Assembly: GCA_943787795.1 (NCBI GenBank)
Contig: CALSNU010000004.1
Coordinates: 256,001-320,000 of the forward strand
DNA: 64,000 nucleotides
Source: an uncultured bacterium
GTDB lineage: Bacteria > Planctomycetota > UBA1135 > GCA-002686595
Direction of reading: 5' to 3'
In this document: positions 1-9,185 of the stretch, one piece after another
Numbering within the stretch: the stretch's first letter is position 1
Layout of the letters: each line of letters begins with the position of its first letter
The notes under the pieces: model-generated
Seen by the model: only the letters and a program-made list of their open reading frames with translations
Databases searched by the model: none
Told to the model about the DNA's origin: nothing
Translations under genes and position numbers: made by a program

Positions 1-63
1 GCCCGTGCAAGGGCCGGTTGCCGCCCGAACGGATTCAGCCGGATGCGAGTCCGCCGGTGGCCC

Positions 64-1860
64 TCACCACGCCAAGAGGAGGATCCTCCCGCCCGTCGAC
101 CTGGCAAGGCCGCCCCACAGCCGCTCCAGCTTGCGGGAGCTGTCCACCAGGACGAAGTCGAGGAGCGCCGGCCGGAAGCGGAGCCGCTCCCTCACGAGCG
201 AGACCATGAGGCCGATGTTCCATCGTTCCCCTCCCGAGGGGGCGCCGTCCGAGAGGAGCACGACGCGGTCGACCTCGGGCCTGTCGAGGGCGAGGCTCAA
301 GGCCTCGAAGAGGTCCCCGCTCCCGTTCATTCGTGCCGAGGCAAAGAAGCGCTGCGCGCGCCGGATGTTCCTCCCGGTGGCCTCCACCAGCCCCGGCTCG
401 AAGGGATGCGGCTCGCGGGTGTAGGGCACGAGGAGGAATTCGGTCCCCGCGCTGAAACCGGAGAGGAGCTGCTCTACCTGGGGATCGAGCCGGTCCTTCT
501 TGCAGCGGCCCTCGTCGTTCTCGATCCAGAGGGATCCGGAGAAGTCGATGAGGATGGCGAGGCGGTCGCTCTTCGGATCCAGCCGACCCAGCGCCGCCAC
601 GGTCCCGCGTGCCCTCCCCCCCCGTGCTCCGGTGGGCGCCGGTGCGTCGATGGCCGGGGCCCAATCCGGCGGGAGGGCTCGGAGCGCGGTCTCCCAGGCC
701 TCGACACGGTCTCGATACCGCAGGCCGGTCAACTCCTGCAGGGCCGCCACCAGGGCCGCGCGGAGCGCAACGCGCGACTCCACCCGAAGACGATCCAGCA
801 GGAGCCCGAGGACGAGCGGGGGCGCCTCCTCTCCTTCGATCGCCCTGGACCTTGCCGTGGTGGTCGCCCTGGACTCGGCGCTGGCGTCGGTTCCCAGCGA
901 GGAGCCTCCTGAAGGGCCGACGGGTGACCCTGCCGGCTCACGGGTCAGCTCCGGCCTCCGCCGTCGAGTGAGATCCCCAGTGAGATCCCCAGTGAGATCC
1001 CCAGCGAGGTTCCCCGTGTGGTTCCCGGCGAGCTCGAGGGCCGAGCCTCGGGCCAGCTCGATGGCCCGGAGCCTCACCCCCCAGTCCTCGTGTCCCATGG
1101 CCGCCTCCAGAAGAGAGGCCTTACCCGTGAGGCCCAGCTCCATGGCCGCCATCACCGCAGAGCAGCCGAGCGCGCGGTCTCCATCGGCGATCCAGGGCCC
1201 GATGAAGGGCACCGCGCGCTCAGGTGTGAGCTGCACCAGGGCCTGAAGCGCTGCCGCGCGGCAGCCCGTGTCGCCCCCTCTCCGCACCCCATCCAAGACG
1301 CGCTTGACTAGGCGTTCAGGATCTCCGGCGATGAGCTTGCTGCGGGCCAGCCGCTCCACGCTCCAGAAGAGCGCCCGCCGCTCGTCGGCGCCGCGCACGC
1401 CAAGCAACGAGGCGAGCTCCCTGGCCGGCAGCGGCGCGGGGCAACGGCCCATCAGCTCTGCCCAACGGAGGCGCACGAGAGGGGCGCGATCCGCCAGCCC
1501 CTTGTGCCTGCGGAGCAAGGCGGGGAGCGCGGCGCCGACGACCCCGGGAAGCTGAAGCTGCGCCTCGTCAGCGACCTCTCCGGAGCGATCCGAGAGCGCA
1601 CCGACGATCCGTGCGACCGCCCGCTCGCCACCCAGCTGAGCCAGCCCCGCCACGGCGCGGCGGCGGCGCTCGGATCGAGGCTCTCGCAGCTGCTGCTCCA
1701 GGCGGCCCAGCTCCGCACGCCTGGTTCCGTCCCGCTCCCCCGGCGGCCCGGAGTCCGCGGGCGCAGGGCCTGCCGCCGCCAACGCCACCAACAGCATCCA
1801 GCCGACCCAGCCCAGGAGCCTGCCAGCACGCCACCTTCCACTCGACTCGTCCAACACCAT
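64..1860 (-). CDS. HEAT-repeat protein with C-terminal VWA-like domain, probable signal peptide
   Basis: 598-aa ORF; hydrophobic N-terminus ending AAAGPA; Ala/Leu/Arg HEAT-like helices; VWA MIDAS-like ILIDFSGS and VVLLSDG motifs. Confidence 0.7.
   Translation of the reverse strand: MVLDESSGRWRAGRLLGWVGWMLLVALAAAGPAPADSGPPGERDGTRRAELGRLEQQLREPRSERRRRAVAGLAQLGGERAVARIVGALSDRSGEVADEAQLQLPGVVGAALPALLRRHKGLADRAPLVRLRWAELMGRCPAPLPARELASLLGVRGADERRALFWSVERLARSKLIAGDPERLVKRVLDGVRRGGDTGCRAAALQALVQLTPERAVPFIGPWIADGDRALGCSAVMAAMELGLTGKASLLEAAMGHEDWGVRLRAIELARGSALELAGNHTGNLAGDLTGDLTGDLTRRRRPELTREPAGSPVGPSGGSSLGTDASAESRATTTARSRAIEGEEAPPLVLGLLLDRLRVESRVALRAALVAALQELTGLRYRDRVEAWETALRALPPDWAPAIDAPAPTGARGGRARGTVAALGRLDPKSDRLAILIDFSGSLWIENDEGRCKKDRLDPQVEQLLSGFSAGTEFLLVPYTREPHPFEPGLVEATGRNIRRAQRFFASARMNGSGDLFEALSLALDRPEVDRVVLLSDGAPSGGERWNIGLMVSLVRERLRFRPALLDFVLVDSSRKLERLWGGLARSTGGRILLLAW
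967..1038. repeat. In-frame 12-bp tandem repeat (GDLT-type units) inside the HEAT-VWA gene
   Basis: agtgagatcccc x3 followed by degenerate agcgaggttccc, cgtgtggttccc, ggcgagctcgag. Confidence 0.75.
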
Positions 1861-2100
1861 CCCACAACCCCCGTCCCCTTTCTTCGGAGCACGCCGGCCC
1901 CCAGCACTCAGGGGTGTGCGGCAGCTCCGCTGGCCTGTTCAGGACCGCCGCCCCATTGAACGGTGGCTCCAAACGCGAGAGCGCGGCGCCCACAGCGGGC
2001 GCCGCGCTCCCACGGAACGAACGGCTCGACACCTGGTGACATCCAATTCACCGCAGCCCGCTCAACGCAGCCTGGCGGCAACTGGCCGGCGCGTGCAGCC

Positions 2101-2448
2101 CTAGACGCCGGGCCGGACCACGTACACCATCAGGACCGCGGTGACGACGAGGGCGAACGCGAGCCAGCTCAGGGACTTGGTCGCCTCGGGCTTGCGGTAC
2201 GCGACGCCCGCGAGCGCCGAGAGACCCAGCCAGCAGCCGATCTTGACGAACACCCAGACGTCCCACGCGTATCCCATCTTTGCCATGAGCCCGAAGCCCC
2301 CGACGAGGGCCGCGAGGCTCGTGATCCCCGACAGCATGAGGTTGGAACGCCGGCTCTCCGGAGTCGGGGCGGCGAAGGCCCGGAACGTGACCGCCACGAG
2401 GAAGATGACGGAGACGAGGTGGATGACTTGGTAGATCTTGGGGTCCAT
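2101..2448 (-). CDS. Small 4-TM membrane protein (SirB-like)
   Basis: 115 aa from MDPKIYQVIHL; four hydrophobic segments, WVFVKIGCW motif. Confidence 0.65.
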   Translation of the reverse strand: MDPKIYQVIHLVSVIFLVAVTFRAFAAPTPESRRSNLMLSGITSLAALVGGFGLMAKMGYAWDVWVFVKIGCWLGLSALAGVAYRKPEATKSLSWLAFALVVTAVLMVYVVRPGV

Positions 2449-2656
2449 CGCAGAGGGGGGCCGACAGGGTTTCGGAGCGCGGGGCGTGAGCACGGAGTGT
2501 AGGGCCCAGGAGCACGGGATCCGAGCCTCTCCCCGGGCACGTCGCGGCCGCGCCCCACCGCGGCCCACCGCGCCTCGCCACGGTGCCGGAGCGGCCGGGC
2601 GTGAATTGGGTTCAGGAGCAGACGCCCGATGAGGTCAATCGCTACGGTGCGCCCAG

Positions 2657-3700
2657 ATGTCCCACCAACCCAAAGGTCCCGACCGCTCGGTCCAGCTCTG
2701 CGGCCTCCTGTGCGTCGCCCTGGCGGCCGGAGCGGTCTTCGTCCGCCCGCTGCTCGGTGAGTCACGGCTCGTCCCGTCGCCCTCCGTGCTCGCGCTGATC
2801 ATGGGGCTCCTCCTGGGCCTCGCTCCGGTGGTCCAGTCGCACATGGTCAGCGCTGCCAAGACGGTCTCCAAGCGGGCGATCCCCGCGGCGATCGTGTTGA
2901 TCGGCTTCGGCATGGACCTTGACCCGCTGCTCGACGGGGGCGCCCTGGGCGGGACGCTCATGGTCGTGCTCGCAGGGATCGCGGTGGCCTTCGCGGGCGC
3001 GCTGCTCGCCGGCAAGCTCTGTGGCCTCGACCCGAGGGCCTCGCTGCTCCTGGGAGCCGGCACCGCGATCTGCGGCAACAGCGCGATCATGGCGGTGGCG
3101 CCCACGGTCGAGGCCGACGAGGAGGACCTGGGGCTCGCCATCGGTGTGATCAACCTCCTTGGCGTCGCGATGCTCTTCGCGCTCCCCCCCGCCGCGATCG
3201 CCGTGGGCATCGAGGGGCAAGCGGGCGGCGCCCTCGCGGGCCTGACCGTCCACGCGGTGCCCCAGGCGATTGCCACCGGCGAGGCCTTCGGCGCTGAAGC
3301 CGTGGAGTGGGCGACGCTCTACAAGTTGCTGCGCGTCGCGATGCTGGTCCCGATGGTCGTCGTGCTCGCGCTCCTCGTCCCTGCGAGGGACGGGACCCGG
3401 CGCAAGGGAGGCGGCGTGGGCGTCCCCCACTTCGTCTGGCTCTTCGCCGTGGCCTCCGCGCTCCGGGCCAGCGGCTGGCTCGACCACGAGCTGTCCATCG
3501 CAGGAGACACGCGCCCCACGTGGGGCTGGCTGAAGCAATCGGGGAGCTGGCTGCTCGCGGCCGCCCTCGCGGCGATCGGCATGACCCTCCACGTCCCCCG
3601 GCTCATCCGCGTCGGACCGCGCTTCCTGCTGGCCGGGGCCCTCGCGGTGACGGCCATGGTGGCGGTCACCATGCCGTTGGTGATCTGGCTTCTGGGTTGA
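2657..3700 (+). CDS. YeiH family putative sulfate exporter
   Basis: Multi-TM protein with GAGTAICGNSAIMA and KLLRV motifs typical of YeiH/UPF0324. Confidence 0.85.
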   Translation: MSHQPKGPDRSVQLCGLLCVALAAGAVFVRPLLGESRLVPSPSVLALIMGLLLGLAPVVQSHMVSAAKTVSKRAIPAAIVLIGFGMDLDPLLDGGALGGTLMVVLAGIAVAFAGALLAGKLCGLDPRASLLLGAGTAICGNSAIMAVAPTVEADEEDLGLAIGVINLLGVAMLFALPPAAIAVGIEGQAGGALAGLTVHAVPQAIATGEAFGAEAVEWATLYKLLRVAMLVPMVVVLALLVPARDGTRRKGGGVGVPHFVWLFAVASALRASGWLDHELSIAGDTRPTWGWLKQSGSWLLAAALAAIGMTLHVPRLIRVGPRFLLAGALAVTAMVAVTMPLVIWLLG

Positions 3701-3744
3701 TGCGCCGGTTCAAGGGGCCCACGGGTCCGGGCCGGGCCCCGAGC

Positions 3745-3867
3745 GCGTGAGCCCCGCGACGGCGTGAGGCCCGCGACCGGCGTGAGCCCCGCGACCGGTG
3801 TGAGCCCAGCGACTGGTCGCCTGGGAGCCCCGCGACTGGGTGAGCCCCGCGACTGGGTGAGCCCCGG
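3745..3867. repeat. Intergenic tandem repeat, ~7 degenerate copies of a 17-18 bp unit (gtgagccccgcgac core)
   Basis: Visible in the sequence; no unique spacers. Confidence 0.8.
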
Positions 3868-4202
3868 ATCCTGCAGGAGGCGAGGATCCAGTGGGAGGCA
3901 CGGCGACCGGGAGCGGGGCGGGGCCCACGGGACCTCCGCCGCCCACTCCGGCCCTCCTAGGATCCTGTATCCAGGCCGAATGGAGCGCGCCTGGGCCTAT
4001 CCAGACCGGTCGCGCCGGAGGCTCCTGATTTGAGACAGTCCTGTCTGGCCGTGGCGTGAGAGTATTAACCCATGCAGAGGGACCCTTTCTGGGGCCGCTG
4101 CCGTCCATCAGCAGCCGCGGTCTTGCCTGCTTCCCGGCTCCAAGCTCTCCCAGGGGGTCGTCGACCCTCTCGCTCCTTCCCTCACCTCCAGTTCAAACAC
4201 CC

Positions 4203-6206
4203 ATGCGCGTCTCGAAACTCCTCGCCGCCGCCTCCTTGATCGCCGCCCCGTTGATGGGGATCGCGGGCGCTCAGGGAGCAGATGACTGCTCCAATGCCCA
4301 GCCCATCTCCGGGCTCGGGACGTTCGCGTTCGACAACACCAGCGCCACCAACGGCGGCCCCTCTGGCTGCGGCAACATCGGAGACGATGTCTGGTGGGCC
4401 TGGACGGCTCCGAGCACGACCGACTACCAGGTCTCCACCTGCGGCAACGCGAACTGGGACACCGTGCTCGCGGTCTTCAGCAGCTGCTCCAACCAGATCA
4501 CCTGCAACGACGACGCCTGCGGCCTGCAGTCCACCGTCAGCTGGTCGGCCATGGCGGGTACGACCTACCTCATCCGCGGCGGCTCCTACTCCGGAAACAG
4601 CAGCGGCGTTGGCTCGATCGAGATCACCGCGGGCGGCGGCGGGAGCGGCGGCTGCGCCAACCCGGCCATTGGACCCGACGTCATCGTCGGCGGCCTCCCG
4701 GGGATCTCCAACTACGGCGCCACCGGCGGCATGGCTGGTTACTCCCTCGGGACCACCTCCTGCAACGTCGGCGACGCCGAGCTGCTCTGGATCTCGAACA
4801 GCAACCAACACCCCGTCATCGGCCAGAACATCTACCGCATCGACGGCGGCCGGTTCGAGCAGATCGGCCAGAGCTGGCTCAAGCACGGCTTCACGGCGCT
4901 CCAACAGGGCCTCTGCTGCAACTGCAACAGCTCCGGCACCGGCACCCGCCTGGGCGTCGGATGCTCCGACCCCTACAGCTCCGGCCTCAACGGATCGCAG
5001 TCGGGTCTCGGCCCGCGCTTCCAGGTCAACGCCTTCACCGGCGCGTTCAGCTACCCGTTCGCCCAGCAGGGCCAAACCGGCGACCGCGTCTTCAAGCGGA
5101 TCCAGGTGGCCAATGACGACGTCGACCCCAGCCTGAACCCCGACGCCACCTACTGGGGTGAGTCCCAGTACATCGCCCCCGACGACGCGCTGGCGGGCAA
5201 CGGCTTCAACAACGTCTCCTACGTCCCCCTCAGCCGCCCCGGCTCCACGACGAACGGCGCGTGGCGCCTCAGCATCGGCGGCGGAACGGTCCGCGAGCAG
5301 CCGGCGATCTACGCCTGGTCCGCGACCACGCCGACCGCCTCCATCGAGGAGATCAATGTCCCCGGTGAGGGCCAGTTCGTCGCCGGCTCCAACGTCGTCG
5401 ACAACGGCGATGGCACCTGGACGTACAACTACGCCATCTTCAACAACAACAGCGACTTCTCCGGCGAGAGCTTCACGGTTCCGCTGGGGTCGAACGTGAC
5501 GGTCACCGACCCTGGGATGTCGTTCCCGCTCTACCACTCTGGCGAGCCGTACACGAACCTGGACTGGAGCCCGACGATCTCCGCCACGGAGATCACCTGG
5601 AACACGCAGAGCTACGTCGTCAACCAGGACGCCAACGCGCTGCGCTGGGGCACGACCTACAGCTTCTGGTTCACCGCCGACGCCGCCCCCGAGGCGAAGT
5701 CCGGTGTCCTCGGGCTCTTCAAGCCCGGTAACCCTGGCGCCCAGGTCTTCCCGACCGAAGGCCCCGGCACCGGCGGCGGGACCCTGATCATCCAGAACTA
5801 CTGCACCCCGGTCCCGAACTCGACCGGGCAGACCTCGACCATGATCGCGTCCAACGTCGACCTGACGCTGCGCACCATGGACCTCGAGGCCGTCAACCTC
5901 ACGCAGAACGCGTTCGGTTACTTCCTCGCCTCCCTGACCCAGGGCTTCATCCCGAACGCTGGCGGAAGCCAGGGCAACCTCTGCCTCGCCGGCGACATCG
6001 GCCGCGGCGTGGGTGGCGGCATCCTGTTCTCCGGCACCTCGGGCTCGTTCTTCACGCCCGTTGACCTGGACCAGATCCCGAGCCCGACGGGGATGACCTC
6101 GGCCATGAGCGGCGACCGCTGGCACTTCCAGGCCTGGCACCGCGACTCGGTCCTCGGCTTCGCCACGTCGAACTTCTCCGACGGCGTCTGGGTTCAGTTT
6201 CCCTGA
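4203..6206 (+). CDS. Secreted Cys-rich multidomain protein of unknown function
   Basis: Sec signal MRVSKLLAAASLIAAPLMGIAGAQ; N-terminal ADDC...CNDDAC module; C-terminal YC..PNSTG...WHFQAWHRD...SNFSDG domain; strong GC3 codon bias. Confidence 0.8.
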   Translation: MRVSKLLAAASLIAAPLMGIAGAQGADDCSNAQPISGLGTFAFDNTSATNGGPSGCGNIGDDVWWAWTAPSTTDYQVSTCGNANWDTVLAVFSSCSNQITCNDDACGLQSTVSWSAMAGTTYLIRGGSYSGNSSGVGSIEITAGGGGSGGCANPAIGPDVIVGGLPGISNYGATGGMAGYSLGTTSCNVGDAELLWISNSNQHPVIGQNIYRIDGGRFEQIGQSWLKHGFTALQQGLCCNCNSSGTGTRLGVGCSDPYSSGLNGSQSGLGPRFQVNAFTGAFSYPFAQQGQTGDRVFKRIQVANDDVDPSLNPDATYWGESQYIAPDDALAGNGFNNVSYVPLSRPGSTTNGAWRLSIGGGTVREQPAIYAWSATTPTASIEEINVPGEGQFVAGSNVVDNGDGTWTYNYAIFNNNSDFSGESFTVPLGSNVTVTDPGMSFPLYHSGEPYTNLDWSPTISATEITWNTQSYVVNQDANALRWGTTYSFWFTADAAPEAKSGVLGLFKPGNPGAQVFPTEGPGTGGGTLIIQNYCTPVPNSTGQTSTMIASNVDLTLRTMDLEAVNLTQNAFGYFLASLTQGFIPNAGGSQGNLCLAGDIGRGVGGGILFSGTSGSFFTPVDLDQIPSPTGMTSAMSGDRWHFQAWHRDSVLGFATSNFSDGVWVQFP

Positions 6207-6223
6207 TCCAGCCACCGGCATGA

Positions 6224-6265
6224 AGCGCGGCCCGCGCGGGAGAGTCCTCCCGCGCGGGCCGCGCT
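6224..6265. terminator. Terminator-like hairpin between convergent genes
   Basis: 19-bp perfect inverted repeat agcgcggcccgcgcgggag / ctcccgcgcgggccgcgct with a 4-nt loop. Confidence 0.75.
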
Positions 6266-6328
6266 CGTTCTGTACGGGGTCGCGCCCGGCCCCTCCCTTG
6301 GCCCGCGGCTGGACCCCGGGAGGGTGAC

Positions 6329-6394
6329 GGTCCGCTGGGGGTCCGCTGGGGGTCCTCAGGGGGTCCTCAGGGGGTCCTCAGGGGGTCCGCTGGG
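6329..6394. repeat. Six 11-bp tandem units spanning the xylB stop codon
   Basis: ggtccgctggg x2, ggtcctcaggg x3, ggtccgctggg. Confidence 0.8.
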
Positions 6395-7844
6395 CGGCGA
6401 CAGCGCCGGCTAGCCGGCCCGCGAGCCGAGCGAGGCGCTCCACGGTCTCCCCGTCAGCCGACGGCTCCACCGCGGCTCCACCGTAGGCAACGAAGCCCTG
6501 GGCGATCCGGTCCACCGGCTCGTCCCGCACCGCCGCGGCGACCTGCAGCGCCGCTCCCACGGCGGCGGTCTCCGTCTCCACCAGCACCCGGACGGGCACG
6601 CCAAAGGTGGTGGCGAGGATCTCTTGCCAGAGGGGGTTTCGGGCGGCGCCCCCAACCAGTCGGACCTCCTCTGGCTCGATGCCCATACGCCGCATGCGCT
6701 CGACACCGGAGGCGAGGTTGAGAGCGACGCCCTCGAGGGCCGCGCGGTAAAGGATCCCCGGCGAGAGTGACCCGGGCCGGAGCCCGGAGAGGGTGGCCGT
6801 CGCGTCCGGGAGGTTCGGAACGCGCTCCCCCATGAAGAAGGGCACGAGCAGCTCCTCCCCCATGGACGCCGTCCGGGCGAGCTCGGTGAGCTCGTCGTGG
6901 CCCTTACCCGTCAGGGCCCGCAGGTCCTCCAGGGGCTCGGTGCAGTTCATCACGCAGAGCAAGGGCAGGTGCCCCGCCACGCCGTCGTCGCCCGCGCTCG
7001 ATGCGCGGAAGCTCGCGATATCGCCACCGGGGTCCACGGCCGGCTCGGCAGCGAAGGCGAAGACGGTGGCCGAGGTCCCGAGGCTGCAGACGGAGACCCC
7101 GGGGCGCGTGGCCCCCGCACCGATCGCGCTCATCATGTTGTCGCCGCCCCCTGCCGAGACCGGGGTGCCGGCCTCAAGGCCGAGCGCCGCCGCCGCGGCG
7201 CCGGAGAGCTCCCCGGCCGGCGCCGCACAGGAGCGGAGCGGGGGGAGGAGATCCGCGAGCCCGGGGGCAGACCGCTCGACGGCCTCAGCGTCGTACGATC
7301 CGCTGGCGGGGTCGAAATAGCCCGTCCCCGACGCGTCCCCCACCTCAGTGAAGAACTCGCCGGTGAGGAAGAGGTTGATGTAGTCGTGGGGCAGCAGCAC
7401 TCGCTGCACCCGTGCCCACACCGCCGGCTCCCGCTCGGCGGACCAGCGGAGCTTCGGCGCGGTGAAGCCCGCAGGGATCGCTCGGCCGAGCTCCGCCGAG
7501 AGTGCGGCGGCCTCCTCAGCGGCGGAGGTATCGCACCAGAGCTTGGCGGGTCGCAGGACCTCATCCCCGGCGCCCAGCAGGACCGCCCCGTGCTGTTGCC
7601 CCGAGACCCCGACCCCGCGTATGCGCGGGCCCAGCCCCAGGGACACCTCGCGGACCGCGGCGATCACGGCCTCCGTCCAGGTGCCCGGATGTTGCTCCGC
7701 GTGTCCAGCGGGGAGCCCCCCGATCAGGTCATAGGACCGAGCAGCCCGGGCCACGACGCTGCCGGAGTCCACGTCTACGAGCACCGCCTTGGTGCTCTGG
7801 GTGCCGACGTCGACGCCGAGGAACAGGTCCCCGTCACCGCTCAT
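6378..7844 (-). CDS. xylB: Xylulokinase (FGGY family)
   Basis: GVDVGTQSTK, VSGQQHG, PAKLWCD and GGGDNMM motifs; overlaps the xylA stop. Confidence 0.9.
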   Translation of the reverse strand: MSGDGDLFLGVDVGTQSTKAVLVDVDSGSVVARAARSYDLIGGLPAGHAEQHPGTWTEAVIAAVREVSLGLGPRIRGVGVSGQQHGAVLLGAGDEVLRPAKLWCDTSAAEEAAALSAELGRAIPAGFTAPKLRWSAEREPAVWARVQRVLLPHDYINLFLTGEFFTEVGDASGTGYFDPASGSYDAEAVERSAPGLADLLPPLRSCAAPAGELSGAAAAALGLEAGTPVSAGGGDNMMSAIGAGATRPGVSVCSLGTSATVFAFAAEPAVDPGGDIASFRASSAGDDGVAGHLPLLCVMNCTEPLEDLRALTGKGHDELTELARTASMGEELLVPFFMGERVPNLPDATATLSGLRPGSLSPGILYRAALEGVALNLASGVERMRRMGIEPEEVRLVGGAARNPLWQEILATTFGVPVRVLVETETAAVGAALQVAAAVRDEPVDRIAQGFVAYGGAAVEPSADGETVERLARLAGRLAGAVAAQRTP

Positions 7845-9016
7845 CCGCGGGCCCCCATCATGTGCTCCACCATGATCTGGTCGAGCCGCTCGTACCTGAG
7901 CCCCTTCGCGCCGATGCCCTCGGCGTCGACCTCCAGGCCCCGAAGCGCGGCGCCGCGCTCCGCGCTGTAGCCGGCGCCGACGTCCACCAGGTTGGCCGCC
8001 ACGGTTCCAGCAAGGATCTCCCGAACGTCAGGGTCGGCGTCGAATGCGGCCGCTCGGGCAGCGAGGAGCTTGTAGGTGCGCATGCAGCCGCTCGCGAACT
8101 CCCATACGCCGTCGTGGTCCTCGGTCCGGTAGGCGTGAGCATCGAAGTGGCGCGGCCCCTCGTAACGGGCGCCGCCGCCGGTCCCCTCGAGCAGCCGGAC
8201 CAGGAGGAACGCCTGCTTCAGGTCCTCGGACCCGAAGCGGAGGTCCTGGTCGTAGCGGCCGATCCGCTGCCCGTTGAGGTCGATGTGGAAGAGTTTGCCG
8301 CACTCCATGGCTTGACCGACCCCGTGGACGAACGAGAGCCCCGCCATGGTCTCGTGCGCCACCTCCGGGTTGACCCCGACCATCTCGCTGTGGTCGAGGG
8401 TCGAGATGAAGTGGAGCATGTGGCCCGTCGTCGAGAGGTAGATGTCACCCCGCGGCTCGTTGGGCTTGGCCTCGAGGGCGAAGCGCATGTCGTAGCCCTG
8501 GTCCTTCACGTATCCGCAGAGGAAGTCGATCGCGTCGCGGAAGTTCGACAGCGCGGTCCGCGGGTCCCGGCAGGCGTCGGCCTCGGCGCCCTCGCGGCCT
8601 CCCCAGAACACGTACGTGCTGGCCCCGAGCTCGACGCCGAGGTCGATGGCGTCCATGGTCTTACGGATGGCGAAGGCCCGCACCGCCGGGTCGTTCGAGG
8701 TGAACGCGCCGTCCTTGAAGATCGGCTGGCTGAACAGGTTGGTCGTGGCCATGGGGCAGACCACCCCAGAGTCGGCCATCGCCCTCTTGAAGTCCCCCAC
8801 GATCCGGTCACGCTCGGCGGCCGAGCTCCCGAACGGGACGAGGTCCTCGTCGTGAAGGTTCACGCCCCAGGCGCCGATCTCTCCCAGCTTGGCGACGATC
8901 TCGCAGGGGTCGAGAACCGGCCGAACGGCGTGACCGAAGGGGTCGCGGCCGGGGTTGCCCACGGTCCAGAGGCCAAAGGAGAAGCGATCGTCGGGGGTGG
9001 GGTCGAGGGAGCTCAT
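7841..9016 (-). CDS. xylA: Xylose isomerase, class I (short, Streptomyces/Thermus type)
   Basis: FSFGLWTVG, DPFG, WGGREG, EAKPNEPRGDI, VNPEVAH, FHIDLNGQ, YDQDLRFG. Confidence 0.95.
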   Translation of the reverse strand: MSSLDPTPDDRFSFGLWTVGNPGRDPFGHAVRPVLDPCEIVAKLGEIGAWGVNLHDEDLVPFGSSAAERDRIVGDFKRAMADSGVVCPMATTNLFSQPIFKDGAFTSNDPAVRAFAIRKTMDAIDLGVELGASTYVFWGGREGAEADACRDPRTALSNFRDAIDFLCGYVKDQGYDMRFALEAKPNEPRGDIYLSTTGHMLHFISTLDHSEMVGVNPEVAHETMAGLSFVHGVGQAMECGKLFHIDLNGQRIGRYDQDLRFGSEDLKQAFLLVRLLEGTGGGARYEGPRHFDAHAYRTEDHDGVWEFASGCMRTYKLLAARAAAFDADPDVREILAGTVAANLVDVGAGYSAERGAALRGLEVDAEGIGAKGLRYERLDQIMVEHMMGARG

Positions 9017-9098
9017 GGTGGCTCTCGACTCTAAGGGACGGAGCCCGGCCCAGGAACGGTGGCCAGGGAGTCCCCGGCAGCTGAGACCCGGAATAGCA

Positions 9099-9132
9099 AG
9101 GCACCCCGGCGGAGCGAACCGCCGGGGTGCCT
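9099..9132 (-). terminator. Terminator-like hairpin downstream of the UGA-readthrough gene
   Basis: 14-bp perfect stem aggcaccccggcgg / ccgccggggtgcct with a 6-nt loop. Confidence 0.7.
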
Positions 9133-9185
9133 GCGTGACGAGGCGCGACGGGCGCCCGGTGTGGGGCGCGCAGCCGCGAGCGCGA

